From contig JAEWWC010000058.1 of the NCBI GenBank assembly GCA_023396555.1, positions 1 to 58,103 on the forward strand: DNA of 58,103 bases, read 5' to 3'. The notes under the pieces were generated by a model that saw only the letters and a program-made list of their open reading frames with translations, had not been told where the DNA came from and ran no database searches. The DNA is from Bacillota bacterium (lineage in GTDB: Bacteria; Bacillota; Clostridia; Christensenellales; SZUA-584). The translations under genes were made by a program, and so were the position numbers. This document shows positions 1-10,152 of this stretch, in pieces. How positions within the stretch are numbered: the first letter of the stretch is position 1; each line of letters begins with the position of its first letter.

Positions 1-299
1 CTGAGCGAGAGTATGTCGTCAATAAGCCCCATCATCGTGACGCCGGAGATACCGATCAGGAAGGCAATCACAATGTTGAGCCTAAGGCCCTCGACGAACA
101 GTATGATGAACAGAATGGTAGCGGCAATCGTCGACAGATATATGGCAATACCGCCCATCAGAGGCATGGGGTCACGGTGTGCTTTGCGAGGGTTAGGCAT
201 GTCCAGAATCTTAAGCTTTCGAGACGCCACAATCATCAGCGGCGTAAAGCCCAGTGAAAGCACCAGCGCTGTTAAAGTTGCAATTAGAAAAACAAACAT
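1..299 (-). CDS. GT4-family polyprenyl-phosphate HexNAc-1-phosphate transferase (WecA/TagO/MraY-like), N-terminal part; the gene runs off the left edge
   Basis: My own translation of the minus strand from the ATG at 299-297 gives MFVFLIATLTALVLSLGFTPLMIVASRKLKILDMPNPRKAHRDPMPLMGGIAIYLS...GLIDD. The D-x-P-x-x-RK-x-H-x-x-P-x-P-x-x-GG motif after TM1 is the WecA/TagO signature. It is absent from the ORF track because there is no stop in the window. The + ORF 13..312 is its antisense shadow. Confidence 0.8.
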   Translation of the reverse strand, partial: MFVFLIATLTALVLSLGFTPLMIVASRKLKILDMPNPRKAHRDPMPLMGGIAIYLSTIAATILFIILFVEGLRLNIVIAFLIGISGVTMMGLIDDILSL

Positions 300-367
300 T
301 TATTTGACCTAACGCACTCGGTAAAACGGGCGTTATGCTCTCCTCTGTCTATTCGGTTCCGCCCATT

Positions 368-396
368 ATTATAAGTGACAGGCTTGCCAATGTCAA
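368..396 (-). promoter_or_regulatory. Consensus sigma-A type promoter for the WecA/TagO-like gene
   Basis: The minus strand reads TTGACA (396-391), a 17-nt spacer, then TATAAT (373-368), about 70 nt upstream of the ATG at 299. Confidence 0.6.
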
Positions 397-432
397 ACGA
401 TTCGGGCCAACTGTTACAATTATATGAACCAG

Positions 433-477
433 GAACAAACAGCCGCGGAGGGTTTTGCCCGCCCCGGCTGTTTGTTC
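433..477 (-). terminator. Stem-loop directly downstream of araD
   Basis: Perfect 13-bp inverted repeat GAACAAACAGCCG...CGGCTGTTTGTTC with a 19-nt loop, 10 nt after the araD stop. There is no strong U-run on the minus strand, so it could be a terminator or a processing hairpin. Confidence 0.5.
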
Positions 478-487
478 AAGCCGTTTT

Positions 488-1177
488 TTACTTCTGACCG
501 TAATATGCATTTTTGCCGTGCTTGCGCAGGTAATGCTTGTCCAGCAGTTCCTGCCCCATCACCGCACCGTCGTTGAGGGACAGCGCATGGCGGGCCATCT
601 CGGCAACAAAATCGAGCACGAGAGCGTTCTCCACGGCGTGGGCCGCATCCTTGCCCCACGTGAATGGACCATGGTTGTTCACCAGCACCGCCTGCACCAT
701 AGCCGGGTCGATGTCCTGGTTTTTGAACGTATCCACGATGACTTTGCCCGTCTCCAGCTCGTATCCGCCGGATATCTCGGCCTCAGTCAGTTTACGCGTC
801 ACCGGCACATCGCCGTAGAAATAGTCCGCATGCGTGGTGCCCAGGAAGGGGAGACTGCGGCCTGCCTGTGCCCATATGGTGGCCCATTTGGAATGCGTAT
901 GTACCACCGCGCCGGTGTCGAAGGCTTTGTATATCTCGACGTGGGTGTCGGTGTCGGAGGAGGGCCGGTAATTACCCTCCACCACTTTACCGTCTAGATC
1001 CACCACCACCATATGCTCCGGCTTCATCACGTCATACGATACGCCGCTCGGCTTGATGACCACAAGGCCGCTTTCCCTGTCGATGGCGCTGACGTTGCCC
1101 CAGGTCAGTATCACGAGCCCGTATTCCACGAGTTTCAAATTCGCATCACAAACTTCTTTTTTTAATTGCTCCAGCAT
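488..1177 (-). CDS. araD: L-ribulose-5-phosphate 4-epimerase
   Basis: The 229-aa ORF is class II aldolase-like along its full length ([40 protein letters not shown]). It neighbours an FGGY kinase and AraR. Confidence 0.9.
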   Translation of the reverse strand: MLEQLKKEVCDANLKLVEYGLVILTWGNVSAIDRESGLVVIKPSGVSYDVMKPEHMVVVDLDGKVVEGNYRPSSDTDTHVEIYKAFDTGAVVHTHSKWATIWAQAGRSLPFLGTTHADYFYGDVPVTRKLTEAEISGGYELETGKVIVDTFKNQDIDPAMVQAVLVNNHGPFTWGKDAAHAVENALVLDFVAEMARHALSLNDGAVMGQELLDKHYLRKHGKNAYYGQK

Positions 1178-1357
1178 GTTTTTTTGTGTCCTTTCTTCAA
1201 CGCTTCACGGCGTTTCAGAACGCCGCTTTAGCCGAAGTATTTGTGTTTTGGAATAAACGCCTGCTTTGACCCAGGTTTCCATTATACGCTGGTGACGGAC
1301 AGTGAGCCATCATACCATTTTTCCATAAAACCTGACAAGAACATGTGCTTTTCCAAG

Positions 1358-1386
1358 TTGAAAAAATAAGATGATTCAAGTATAAT
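1358..1386 (+). promoter_or_regulatory. Promoter of the FGGY kinase gene
   Basis: TTGAAA (1358-1363), a 17-nt spacer, then TATAAT (1381-1386). Confidence 0.55.
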
Positions 1387-1397
1387 ACAAACGAACA

Positions 1398-1407
1398 TGT
1401 CCGTACA
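1398..1407. promoter_or_regulatory. Candidate AraR operator core
   Basis: TGTCCGTACA differs at one position from the perfect palindrome TGTACGTACA found upstream of araR at 4278-4287. It lies about 12 nt after the -10 box. Confidence 0.5.
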
Positions 1408-1523
1408 AGGTGTGCTGCGATATTTCCTCGATTTTTTGCTGTCATGTTATATCAAACTATTATGTGCGAAGGGACTTTGGCTACATTCCGTTTCGTCTCT
1501 TATGCAGAAAGGAACATATAAAT

Positions 1524-3086
1524 ATGAATATGAACGACGCGTATCTTGGCATTGAACTGGGCTCCACACGTATTAAGGCTGTGCTGATAGACAAAATGCA
1601 TCGTCCGATTGCATCCGGTGACCATACCTGGGAAAATCGCTTTGAGGATGGCAAATGGACATATGCTCTGGACGATGTCTGGAACGGCATTCAGGACTGC
1701 TACGCGAATCTGGCCAAGGATGTTAAACAAAAATTCGGCTGCGAATTGGAGCAGGTGGGGGCCATCGGCGTTTCGGCGATGATGCATGGATACATGGCGT
1801 TCGGTCAGGACGATAATCTGCTGGCGCCGTTCCGCACCTGGCGCAACACCATTACCGGCGAAGCCGCGAAAAAGCTTACGACGCTGTTCGACTTCAACAT
1901 TCCCCAGCGCTGGAGCATCGCGCATTTGTATCAGAGCATACTGAACAACGAGCCGCATGTTGCCGAGATAAAATATCTCACCACGCTTTCAGGATATATT
2001 CACTGGCAGCTCACGGGCAAAAAGGTGCTCGGCATCGGCGATGCTTCGGGCATGTTCCCGCTGGACGACAAAACGCACTCCTACGACAGCGCCATGATAG
2101 GAAAGTTTGATCAGCTGAACGCGGGACTTCCCTGGAAACTGGCGGACATACTGCCCTGTATTGCAATGGCGGGAGAAAAGGCGGGGACGCTGAGCGAAGC
2201 GGGTGCACGGCTTCTCGACCCGAAAGGAACGCTGAAAGCCGGTATACCCATGTGTCCGCCCGAGGGTGATGCAGGGACAGGCATGGTGGCGACCAACAGC
2301 GTACGTCAGCGGACGGGCAACATCAGTGCGGGGACCAGCGTGTTTGCCATGATCGTGCTGGAAAACGCGCTGAAGAGGGTGCACGCCGAGGTGGATATGG
2401 TGACCACGCCCGCGGGCGATCCGGTGGCGATGGTACACTGCAACAACTGCCTTGGCGATCTGGACGCGTGGGTGAAGCTGCTGGGCGAAGCGGGCAGGCT
2501 GCTGGGCGCGGAATTTGACATCAATGCGCTTTACAGAAAGCTACTTAATGAGGCGCTCAGCGGTAATGCCGACTGCGGCGGACTGCTGTCCTACAACTAT
2601 ATATCGGGAGAGCATGTGACAGAGCTGGAGGAGGGGCGGCCGATGTTTGTACGGACGACGGACTCATCCTTCACACTGGCCAACTTCATGAGAACGCATC
2701 TGTATTCGTCTTTGGCTTCACTCAAAATGGGCATGAGGATACTGATCGAGGAGGAAGGCGCGTCCATCGATTCGATCACAGGACACGGCGGTTTCTTTAA
2801 AGTCACAAACGTGGGCCTTCGCATCATGGCGACTGCGATGGGCGTTCCGGTCACCGTCATGGCGACAGCCGGAGAAGGCGGCCCCTGGGGTATCGCAATA
2901 CTTGCAGCTTATATGATGAACAAGCAGGGCGAAACCCTGGCGGATTACTTAAGCGACAGCGTGTTCACGGACAGCGAACGCACCACCGTCGCGCCGGAGG
3001 ATTCGGATATAGAAGGGTTCGGAGCATTCATGCAGCGGTATAGAGCCGGGCTTGATATCGAACGCAAGGCAGTTGAATCCATATAA
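1524..3086 (+). CDS. FGGY-family sugar kinase, probably an L-ribulokinase (AraK-type)
   Basis: I trimmed the ORF to the ATG at 1524, which follows AGAAAGGAAC. It reads [23 protein letters not shown] (actin-fold phosphate-1 motif) and shows FGGY N and C domains. The context is araD/araR. Confidence 0.75.
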   Translation: MNMNDAYLGIELGSTRIKAVLIDKMHRPIASGDHTWENRFEDGKWTYALDDVWNGIQDCYANLAKDVKQKFGCELEQVGAIGVSAMMHGYMAFGQDDNLLAPFRTWRNTITGEAAKKLTTLFDFNIPQRWSIAHLYQSILNNEPHVAEIKYLTTLSGYIHWQLTGKKVLGIGDASGMFPLDDKTHSYDSAMIGKFDQLNAGLPWKLADILPCIAMAGEKAGTLSEAGARLLDPKGTLKAGIPMCPPEGDAGTGMVATNSVRQRTGNISAGTSVFAMIVLENALKRVHAEVDMVTTPAGDPVAMVHCNNCLGDLDAWVKLLGEAGRLLGAEFDINALYRKLLNEALSGNADCGGLLSYNYISGEHVTELEEGRPMFVRTTDSSFTLANFMRTHLYSSLASLKMGMRILIEEEGASIDSITGHGGFFKVTNVGLRIMATAMGVPVTVMATAGEGGPWGIAILAAYMMNKQGETLADYLSDSVFTDSERTTVAPEDSDIEGFGAFMQRYRAGLDIERKAVESI

Positions 3087-3176
3087 GCGATAAGGATATA
3101 CATCTTACTCAAAATGTAACGGGCAGCCATCATCGGGCTGCCCGTTTTATGTTTTAATTGATATCTGAACAGCAGG

Positions 3177-4259
3177 TTATTTACTGCTCTGGAAAGGGCG
3201 GCAGGAGTCCCGTGCGACCAGCTCGGGATGGAATACCCGGCAGGGGATGCCGGCGCGGCCTTCAAGCATATCCACCATGAACCGGGCCGCCATACGCCCC
3301 ATTTCCTTCATTGGGTGGCGTATGGTAGTCAGCTTCGCGGTGCTGTGGGTTGTCAGCGAATCATCATATCCCACTACCGCTAAGTCCTGCGGCACCTTGA
3401 GTCCGCGTTCCGCCGCCGCCTGCAGCACCTGCAGCGCGCACTGGTCGTTGTAGCACACGATGGATGACGGGCGGTCTTGGCGGTTCAGCAGGTTCTGCGC
3501 GAACGTGAACGGATAGTCGTACATGTTGCTCGTTTCGTATTCACCGACGGAGACAGCCTGTGCGCCGCCGCTCGCTTCGATGGCGTCCAGAAAGCCTGCC
3601 CGTCGCATCACGCCCTGTTTGTCGTCCGTCTTGAACAGGCCGGCCAGCCGGCGATGCCCCAGAGACAGCAGGTGCTGAGTCAGCAGGCGGCCACCTTCCC
3701 GGTCGTCCATCACCGTGTACGCACTATCAAAATCGTCGTAACAGGCGTTGAGGTATACAAAGCGGGTGCCTTTTCGCCGAAGCTCCTCCAGCAGCTCCCG
3801 GTTGGTATTGGGATGGGCGCTGCGTGTGGGCTCGATGATGATGCCCGCTACGCCCAGTTCCAGCATGCTGGTTAAGTGTTGCGCCTCGCTTTGCTTGGAG
3901 TTGCCGGTGTTGCACAGCAGCATCATATACCCTTTGTCGGAAAGCACCTGCTCGATGCCGGAAATGATGCCCGGGAAAACAAATTCGGATATGTAGGTGG
4001 TGATCACCGCCACGATCTGGCGGGGCTGCGTGTTCCGGTATCCGCAGAACGTCCCTTTTCCTTGTTCCTTGTAGAGCAGGCCTTCGGCGGTGAGCTCCGC
4101 GAAAGCCTGCCGCACCGTCTGACGGCTGACGCCGAACTTGACCATCAGGTCGTGTTCGGAGGGGAGCTGTTGTCCATATATGATCAGGCCGTCCCGTATC
4201 AGATGGCGGACGTAATCCTTGACGATCTGATATTTCGGCAGTTTTGTCAGGTTTGCCAT
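3177..4259 (-). CDS. araR: Arabinose repressor AraR (GntR-type HTH fused to a LacI/PBP1-type sugar-binding domain)
   Basis: Start placed at MANLTKLPKYQ (ATG 4259-4257). N-terminus: LPSEHDLMVKFGVSRQTVRQAFAELTAEGLLYKEQGKGTF. C-terminal periplasmic-binding-fold region: IVAVITTYISEFVFPGII ... LAVVGYDD. Confidence 0.85.
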   Translation of the reverse strand: MANLTKLPKYQIVKDYVRHLIRDGLIIYGQQLPSEHDLMVKFGVSRQTVRQAFAELTAEGLLYKEQGKGTFCGYRNTQPRQIVAVITTYISEFVFPGIISGIEQVLSDKGYMMLLCNTGNSKQSEAQHLTSMLELGVAGIIIEPTRSAHPNTNRELLEELRRKGTRFVYLNACYDDFDSAYTVMDDREGGRLLTQHLLSLGHRRLAGLFKTDDKQGVMRRAGFLDAIEASGGAQAVSVGEYETSNMYDYPFTFAQNLLNRQDRPSSIVCYNDQCALQVLQAAAERGLKVPQDLAVVGYDDSLTTHSTAKLTTIRHPMKEMGRMAARFMVDMLEGRAGIPCRVFHPELVARDSCRPFQSSK

Positions 4260-4277
4260 AATTTTTAGCCTTTCGCT

Positions 4278-4287
4278 TGTACGTACA
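4278..4287. promoter_or_regulatory. AraR operator core (autoregulation)
   Basis: Perfect 10-bp palindrome TGTACGTACA, 19 nt upstream of the araR start codon. Confidence 0.55.
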
Positions 4288-4484
4288 TCCAATTATACAT
4301 GAGGAGCCTTTATGCAGCAAGGATGATCTTCGCCAATAGGAAAGGGAGCTTAGCAAAAAAATCGAGGACCATCTGCAAGTGCCGGACCCGCTTTGCAGCC
4401 GGATTGTATAAGTGTTTGTTAAATTAGTCGGTGCACGAGTGGATAAATGTGATATAATAGAAAAATACAGGCAGGAGGTTTTAC

Positions 4485-4910
4485 ATGGACGTAATACACA
4501 ACCCGGCTGTGACACCGGATATACCGGCAATAGAAGGTTCAATGGCAGGGGAGGCCCGCGAGCGCTGGCGCAACCTGACGGCACATATTGAGAACACTTA
4601 CAAGTCGGCGCCGCTGATCGTGTACAGCGTGTGCGCGGGGCAGCCGGGATGGAATGTGAAATACAAGAAAGGGAGCAAGGCTCTGTGTACACTGTATCCC
4701 GAGCCAGACAGCTTCATCGCTCTGGTGGTACTGGGGCAGGCAGATCTGGTGAAGCTGGACGCGGTACGCCCCGTCTATACGCCATATCTGCTGGAACTAG
4801 CGGACGGCGCACGCCTGTTCAACAACACCAAATGGCTGATGATCCGCGTGACGGACGACGCCGTACTGGATGATGTGAAAAAGCTGTTGCGTTTAAAGTT
4901 GGCCAAGTAA
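4485..4910 (+). CDS. DUF3788-family protein
   Basis: 141 aa. The stretch QPGWNVKYKKGSKALCTLYPEPDSFIALVVLG and the C-terminal KWLMIRVTDDAVLDDVKKLL match my memory of DUF3788 proteins. Confidence 0.6.
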   Translation: MDVIHNPAVTPDIPAIEGSMAGEARERWRNLTAHIENTYKSAPLIVYSVCAGQPGWNVKYKKGSKALCTLYPEPDSFIALVVLGQADLVKLDAVRPVYTPYLLELADGARLFNNTKWLMIRVTDDAVLDDVKKLLRLKLAK

Positions 4911-4962
4911 GTCCAACAAACATATGCATAAGTATATCGTAACAGGAAATGTGCAATATAAT

Positions 4963-5002
4963 AAAAGCCGCAGAGCCAGTCATTTGGCCACGCGGCTTTT
5001 TT
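4963..5002. terminator. Bidirectional terminator between convergent genes
   Basis: AAAAGCCGC ... GCGGCTTTTTT, a stem flanked by an A-run and a T-run, between the DUF3788 gene and the ABC-2 permease gene. Confidence 0.5.
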
Positions 5003-5022
5003 GATGGAGACAGGTTATACCG

Positions 5023-5649
5023 CTATGCCTGTTTTCGTTTGAAAATGCGGTAGGAGAGTGCGATGGAAACTGCCGCACAGGCGATGAGGACCAGCGGCGA
5101 GAAGATGAACAGCTGCGAGAGCAGCGTTTTTTCCGGCATGGTGAGAACGCCTGTCTGCGACAGTACGATCAGCGAGGAGGTCGGAAGTGCGACTAATGCA
5201 AAGATAAGCACGCGGGAGCGCTCCACGCCAAAGCGGTAGACCAGCGGCAGCATCACGCACAGGAAAAGTACAGCTGCAGCAAACATCGTATACGATGAAA
5301 GCAGCGTTTCGGTAAAATTGGATACACCCTTGAAAAGCCCATACAACCAGCCCGACAGCAGCGCCACCGTCGTACCGAAGGCGGTAAGCAGCAACGCCAG
5401 CGCGTATTTGGCTAACACGAAGTCTTTTCGAGGCAGCGGCAACGTCAGAGCGTACGCGTCCCAACCGGACTGTTTGTCGTAAGCGAACGAGGTGATGACG
5501 GATACCGCACACATCAGCACCACAATGCCGCTCAAAAACTGAATATTTTCCATCATCGTCATAAACAAAATGTAAAACGCGATCATTATCAACACAGTAC
5601 GGCTGTATTTTTTCAGATTTTTTAAATCCTTGATGATAAGTCCTTTCAT
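5023..5649 (-). CDS. ABC-2 type transporter permease
   Basis: 208 aa with about 6 hydrophobic helices. Its start overlaps the stop of the upstream ATPase gene by 4 nt. Confidence 0.7.
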   Translation of the reverse strand: MKGLIIKDLKNLKKYSRTVLIMIAFYILFMTMMENIQFLSGIVVLMCAVSVITSFAYDKQSGWDAYALTLPLPRKDFVLAKYALALLLTAFGTTVALLSGWLYGLFKGVSNFTETLLSSYTMFAAAVLFLCVMLPLVYRFGVERSRVLIFALVALPTSSLIVLSQTGVLTMPEKTLLSQLFIFSPLVLIACAAVSIALSYRIFKRKQA

Positions 5650-6506
5650 TGTTCCTGACTCCTTACAAAAAACATCATGATTTCCTCAATGCTGACCGGG
5701 TCGATCACAAGGCCGGGGAAGCGCTGCCTGAGGTGCGCCGGGTCCTTGACCAGCGCTTCGCTGGCATACGTGCCCTTTCTCTGCCCGGCGATATACTCCG
5801 GCGATATGCGCAGCAAATCGCTTTGGTTGCAGCGCAGTATGCCGTACCCGTATTTGAGACGGTCGGCGCTTTCCGAGAACACGATACGCCCGCCGTCGAT
5901 CAGCGTGATGTAATCCGCCATCTTCTCCAGATCGCTGATGATGTGCGTGGACATCAGTATCGAGCGTTCCTCGTCCTGAATGATGTCCTGGAACATCTCA
6001 AGAATCTCGGCACGCATCACCGGGTCCAGGCCGCTGGTGGCTTCGTCGAGTATCAGCAGTCGGGGATTGTGCGCCAGCGTGGTACAGAGCGACAGCTTTG
6101 TCTTCATGCCTTTGGACAGCTGCTTGATCGTCTTGTCCGCAGGAACGCCGAACCTTTTTAAGTACTTCGCGTACAGTGCGTCGTCCCAGCTTGCGAATAT
6201 GGGCCGGAGTATGCCGGGGATATCCGATGCGCGCAGACCTTCGTAGAAGTGTAGTTCATCCAGCACCACGCCGGTATCCTGTTTGATTTGCGCCTCGTCC
6301 CGGATATGGTCCAGTCCGAACACGCTGACGTCGCCGCTGTCCTTGGATATCATGTTCAGTATGAGTTTGATGGTGGTGGTTTTGCCCGCGCCGTTCTCGC
6401 CGATGAAGCCCATGATGCTGCCCTTGGGCAGCGAGAAAGAAACGTCCTGCAGCGCGAAACCGCCGTAGTCCTTGCAAAGCCCTTCCACCCGCAATATATC
6501 TTCCAT
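5646..6506 (-). CDS. ABC transporter ATP-binding protein
   Basis: Walker A GENGAGKTTT, signature LSKGMKTKL, Walker B LLILDEATSGLD. Confidence 0.9.
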   Translation of the reverse strand: MEDILRVEGLCKDYGGFALQDVSFSLPKGSIMGFIGENGAGKTTTIKLILNMISKDSGDVSVFGLDHIRDEAQIKQDTGVVLDELHFYEGLRASDIPGILRPIFASWDDALYAKYLKRFGVPADKTIKQLSKGMKTKLSLCTTLAHNPRLLILDEATSGLDPVMRAEILEMFQDIIQDEERSILMSTHIISDLEKMADYITLIDGGRIVFSESADRLKYGYGILRCNQSDLLRISPEYIAGQRKGTYASEALVKDPAHLRQRFPGLVIDPVSIEEIMMFFVRSQEQ

Positions 6507-6508
6507 TT

Positions 6509-6889
6509 CTAGTCCTCCGTGTATATAAGCTTTAAAATTTCAATCAGTTCATACTGCGTGATGCCGCTGGTACGCGCTACGTTCACGGCGTTTTGCAGAT
6601 ATTCCTCCGCACGGCGCAGCTGTTCCTCACGCAATAGCTCCATGTTGCGGCCCGCCACAAAGCACCCCTTGCCGGCCACCGTCTCGATAAAGCCGTCGCG
6701 CTCCAGGTCTTCGTAGGCATGCTTGGTGGTGATAACGCTGATGCGCAGGTCCCGCGCCAGCACCCGCATGGAGGGCAGCGCGTCGCCCTCCCGGAGCGCC
6801 CCCGAGAGTATCATGCTCTTTATTTGCGCCGTGATCTGTTCATAGATCGGTTTCTGGCTCGAATTGCTGATGATAATATCCAAAGGCAT
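6509..6889 (-). CDS. GntR-family (YtrA-subfamily) transcriptional regulator
   Basis: Trimmed to the ATG at 6889, which follows GGAGG. It reads MPLDIIISNSSQKPIYEQITAQIKSMILSGALREGDALPSMRVLARDLRISVITTKHAYEDLERDGFI. The short C-terminus and the downstream ABC pair are typical of YtrA. Confidence 0.8.
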   Translation of the reverse strand: MPLDIIISNSSQKPIYEQITAQIKSMILSGALREGDALPSMRVLARDLRISVITTKHAYEDLERDGFIETVAGKGCFVAGRNMELLREEQLRRAEEYLQNAVNVARTSGITQYELIEILKLIYTED

Positions 6890-7239
6890 CCTCCGCGCAA
6901 TACTGTATATATACGATATACACAGCATACTAGCCTGCCATGACAATGTCAAGCGACTAAAAATATTTTTCGGTGGGATATTTCATGTTATTTTGTGCAG
7001 TACTGTCCCTGATTTGTGGTCAGGCTCGAGTTATAATAAAAACGAAGAGTCCGTTGTTGATGTTATTTATGTCTAGACTAAAATGACAGGACAGAAAAAA
7101 ACAGATCCGTTGCCGGATCGTCATTATAACTTTGATCAACTTGTGCAGACTACGCGACTGATCGCGGTAATACGTGATATATTGCGTGGTCTGCCGTCTC
7201 CCAATATCATTCTTCATTCAGCGCCCAAGGGCACTCTTT

Positions 7240-8268
7240 TTAAAGCTTTGCCGACAGTTCAGCGTCATCATAATTGGCCGGATCGATCTGCCGCTTATTT
7301 GCTTCGATCTCCTTGACCATCTGCGTGATCCGGGTGTTGACCGGGGTGGGGACGCCCAGCTCCACGCCCTTGCGCGCGATGAAGCCGTTGAAATAGTCGA
7401 TCTCGGTGGGCTTGCCGCGCCCCAGCGACTGCAGACTGGAAGACTTCAGCCGGCGGTATTTGAAGCCGATGATACGGATCATCAGGTGGCGTTTAAAGTC
7501 GTTGACAGCGCCGCGGCCATCCACCAGCGCATGATAGTCCAGCTTGCCGCCGTACGGTTTGACTTCGATCTTCATCGCCGCGGCAACCGCCAGCGCCTCG
7601 CGGATGATCGCCGTAAATATGTCGCGCGCTTTTTTCAGCTTCAGTATCTTCCCCAGATACAGTCCGCTTAAGACTCCCATGGAGGTGATGCAGGAGTTGA
7701 TGATCATTTTGGAGTAAAGGTCGGCAATGATGTTGTCGGATATGCGGGTCTCGATCATGTGATCCAGCACGGCTTTAAGCGGCGTGACGTCTTTCGTTGG
7801 CAGGTATCCGCCGATCACGAAATCGCCCTCAGACGTCATGTTCAGAGTACCGTCCGGCAGCATCGTGGAACCCCAGCCCACCACGCAGCCCACCGCTCGT
7901 TCCTTGCCCACCACATCGGCCAGCGCCTCCACGCAGATGCCGTTCTGCATCGACACCACGAAAGAATCCGGCTTCAGAAATGGCAGTACGCGTCGCGCGG
8001 CGTCCGGCATGTCGTAAGCCTTGGTCACGATCAGCACGATGTCCTTGGGACCGGAAAGCTGCTCAACATCAGCGACCGCCGGCAGGGGTGCCTGCTGCTC
8101 GCCGCGTACGCCGGTAATATGCAGCCCATGGTTTGTGATTTCCGTTGCCCGCTGAGGGTATTTGCAGACCAACTGTACGTTATATCCTGCCCGACTCAAA
8201 TAAGCTGCTGTAATGCCGCCTATAGCGCCCCCGCCGATCACGGCGACAGACCGTTTTTCTGTGTCCAC
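7240..8268 (-). CDS. panE: 2-dehydropantoate 2-reductase (ketopantoate reductase, ApbA/PanE family)
   Basis: Rossmann motif VAVIGGGAIGG and ApbA N and C domains. I chose the GTG at 8268, 6 nt after GGGAGG. The ORF-track ATG at 8382 would add an implausible 38-aa leader. Confidence 0.7.
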   Translation of the reverse strand: MDTEKRSVAVIGGGAIGGITAAYLSRAGYNVQLVCKYPQRATEITNHGLHITGVRGEQQAPLPAVADVEQLSGPKDIVLIVTKAYDMPDAARRVLPFLKPDSFVVSMQNGICVEALADVVGKERAVGCVVGWGSTMLPDGTLNMTSEGDFVIGGYLPTKDVTPLKAVLDHMIETRISDNIIADLYSKMIINSCITSMGVLSGLYLGKILKLKKARDIFTAIIREALAVAAAMKIEVKPYGGKLDYHALVDGRGAVNDFKRHLMIRIIGFKYRRLKSSSLQSLGRGKPTEIDYFNGFIARKGVELGVPTPVNTRITQMVKEIEANKRQIDPANYDDAELSAKL

Positions 8269-8443
8269 CAGCACGCCTCCCTTTTCAGTATATCTTGTGT
8301 TATCTATATGAAGTGTAAGCGATGGCGCGAAATTTGTAAATACAGGGAGATGGGCAGCAGGGGTCTCGTGAGTTGGGTGCAATTGAAAACGCTCTGCCAG
8401 CCCGAAGGCCGCGCAGAGCGCCGTTGATGCAAATCAATCCGTT

Positions 8444-10060
8444 TTAGTCGTTGGTAATAGAAAAAGCGATATTGGTGGCGTGGTCAGCCGCGCGTTCAAG
8501 TGTTGCCACCATGTTGGTGAATATCACGCCTGTCTGCGGGTCGCAGGCTTTTTCCTGCAAGCGGTCAATATGGCTGTTTAAAAGAGCCTTTTTCATCATA
8601 TCAACTTCCGACTCCAGTGCATCTACAACGGCCAAGCTGGACTTGCTTCGTTTTTCGAATGCCTCCAGGCTGGCTTTCAGCGTTTCCATCGTTCTGTCCG
8701 ACATTTTAACAAGCTCCGCTTCGGCGTCGGGTGACAGCTTCGCGCGCTTCTCGATCATGGTCAGCGCGTATTCGGCGATGTTTTCAGCCAGATCACCGAT
8801 GCGTTCCATATCGATGATGACGTGGTGCAGGCTGCCCAACGTTTTGAGGTCGTGTTCCGAGAGATCAAGACCACGGAACTCAATCATGTAATGCGTGATA
8901 TTGTGGCTCAAATAGTCGACCGTTTTTTCGATTTCCATCACGCGCCTCGCTTTTTGCTCGTCCCGGTTGAAAAATGCGTCCAATGACCGCTTCATGTTGC
9001 TGACGGCGATATCACCCATGCGGTTAAGCTCTTTGAGCGTTTGCGTCAGCGCGATGGAAGGCGTCTGTGCGATGCGTTCATCCAGATAAACGAGTCTCTT
9101 TTCCACGCGATCGGGCGCATGCTTTTCCGGAATAATGCGCGTAATGAGCCGCACCATCAATCGAGCAAACGGGAACAGCAGTACTGTGACGGTCACGTTG
9201 AATATCGTATGGAAGTTTGCGATCTGCCGGGATACGTTATCCGGCGATATGGAGGCGACCCAACTAATAATGGAGGGGAAGACTGCGAGGATTGCCAGAT
9301 AGATCATTGTTCCGAGTATGTTGAACATCAGGTGGATGCCGGCGGTGCGCCGCGAATTGGCGTTGGTGCCGATAGCCGCCAGTATCGCGGTGATGCATGT
9401 CCCGATATTCTGGCCGAGTACGACATAGACTGCCGAATCGAGCCCAATCAGCCCGAGGCCCGCGAGCGCTTGCAATATACCGACGGAGGCCGACGAACTC
9501 TGAATGACAGCAGTGAATATTGCGCCGAATAGCACGCCAACCACAGGGTTTTGAAAACTGACGAGCAGGTTGCGGAAGGCTTCCACTTCCCTCAACGGTT
9601 CCATCGCTTGGGACATTAGAGTCAGACCCACAAACAGTATGCCAAAGCCCAAGATGATCTCACCGATACGGGCGAAAATGCGTTTTCTGAGGAAGACTGT
9701 GAATAGCATGCCTGCAAAAAGTATAAGCGGCGCGATGTCTGAGAGCTTGAAGGCAATGAGTTGCGCGGTGATCGTGGTACCGATGTTGGCACCCATGATT
9801 ACGCCGGTAGCCTGCAGCAGCGTCATAAGGCCGGCATTGACAAAACCGACGACCATTACGGTCGTTGCGGAAGAGCTTTGAACGATAGCAGTAACACCGG
9901 CGCCTACGCCGACAGCTGCAAAGCGATTGCCCGTCAGAACCTCAAGAACACGGCGCATGCGGTCGCCAGCAGCGTTTTCCAGACCGTCGGACATCATCTT
10001 CATTCCATACAGGAACATGCCCAGACCGCCCAGAAGCAAGAACACCGAGAAAATACTCAT
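8444..10060 (-). CDS. Na/Pi cotransporter family protein with a C-terminal PhoU-like domain
   Basis: GGLGMFLYGMKMMSDGLE and a duplicated QSSSA motif (IVQSSSATT, VIQSSSASV). The C-terminal helical PhoU-like repeats include ERIGDLAENIA and ERAADHATNIA. Confidence 0.85.
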   Translation of the reverse strand: MSIFSVFLLLGGLGMFLYGMKMMSDGLENAAGDRMRRVLEVLTGNRFAAVGVGAGVTAIVQSSSATTVMVVGFVNAGLMTLLQATGVIMGANIGTTITAQLIAFKLSDIAPLILFAGMLFTVFLRKRIFARIGEIILGFGILFVGLTLMSQAMEPLREVEAFRNLLVSFQNPVVGVLFGAIFTAVIQSSSASVGILQALAGLGLIGLDSAVYVVLGQNIGTCITAILAAIGTNANSRRTAGIHLMFNILGTMIYLAILAVFPSIISWVASISPDNVSRQIANFHTIFNVTVTVLLFPFARLMVRLITRIIPEKHAPDRVEKRLVYLDERIAQTPSIALTQTLKELNRMGDIAVSNMKRSLDAFFNRDEQKARRVMEIEKTVDYLSHNITHYMIEFRGLDLSEHDLKTLGSLHHVIIDMERIGDLAENIAEYALTMIEKRAKLSPDAEAELVKMSDRTMETLKASLEAFEKRSKSSLAVVDALESEVDMMKKALLNSHIDRLQEKACDPQTGVIFTNMVATLERAADHATNIAFSITND

Positions 10061-10123
10061 TCAATACCCTCCACCATTAATTGTAAAAAAATCGTTAAGC
10101 TATCATCAAGCTTTTGCAAATTT

Positions 10124-10152
10124 ATTATAAGATATGTTCTTAGCTTTGTCAC
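10124..10152 (-). promoter_or_regulatory. Promoter of the Na/Pi cotransporter gene
   Basis: The minus strand reads GTGACA, a 17-nt spacer, then TATAAT. Confidence 0.45.

Noticed and set aside
13-312. Plus-strand 99-aa ORF at the left edge
   Set aside because: The opposite strand encodes a convincing WecA/TagO-type N-terminus with the PNPRKAHRDPMPLMGG motif. The + ORF is its antisense shadow.
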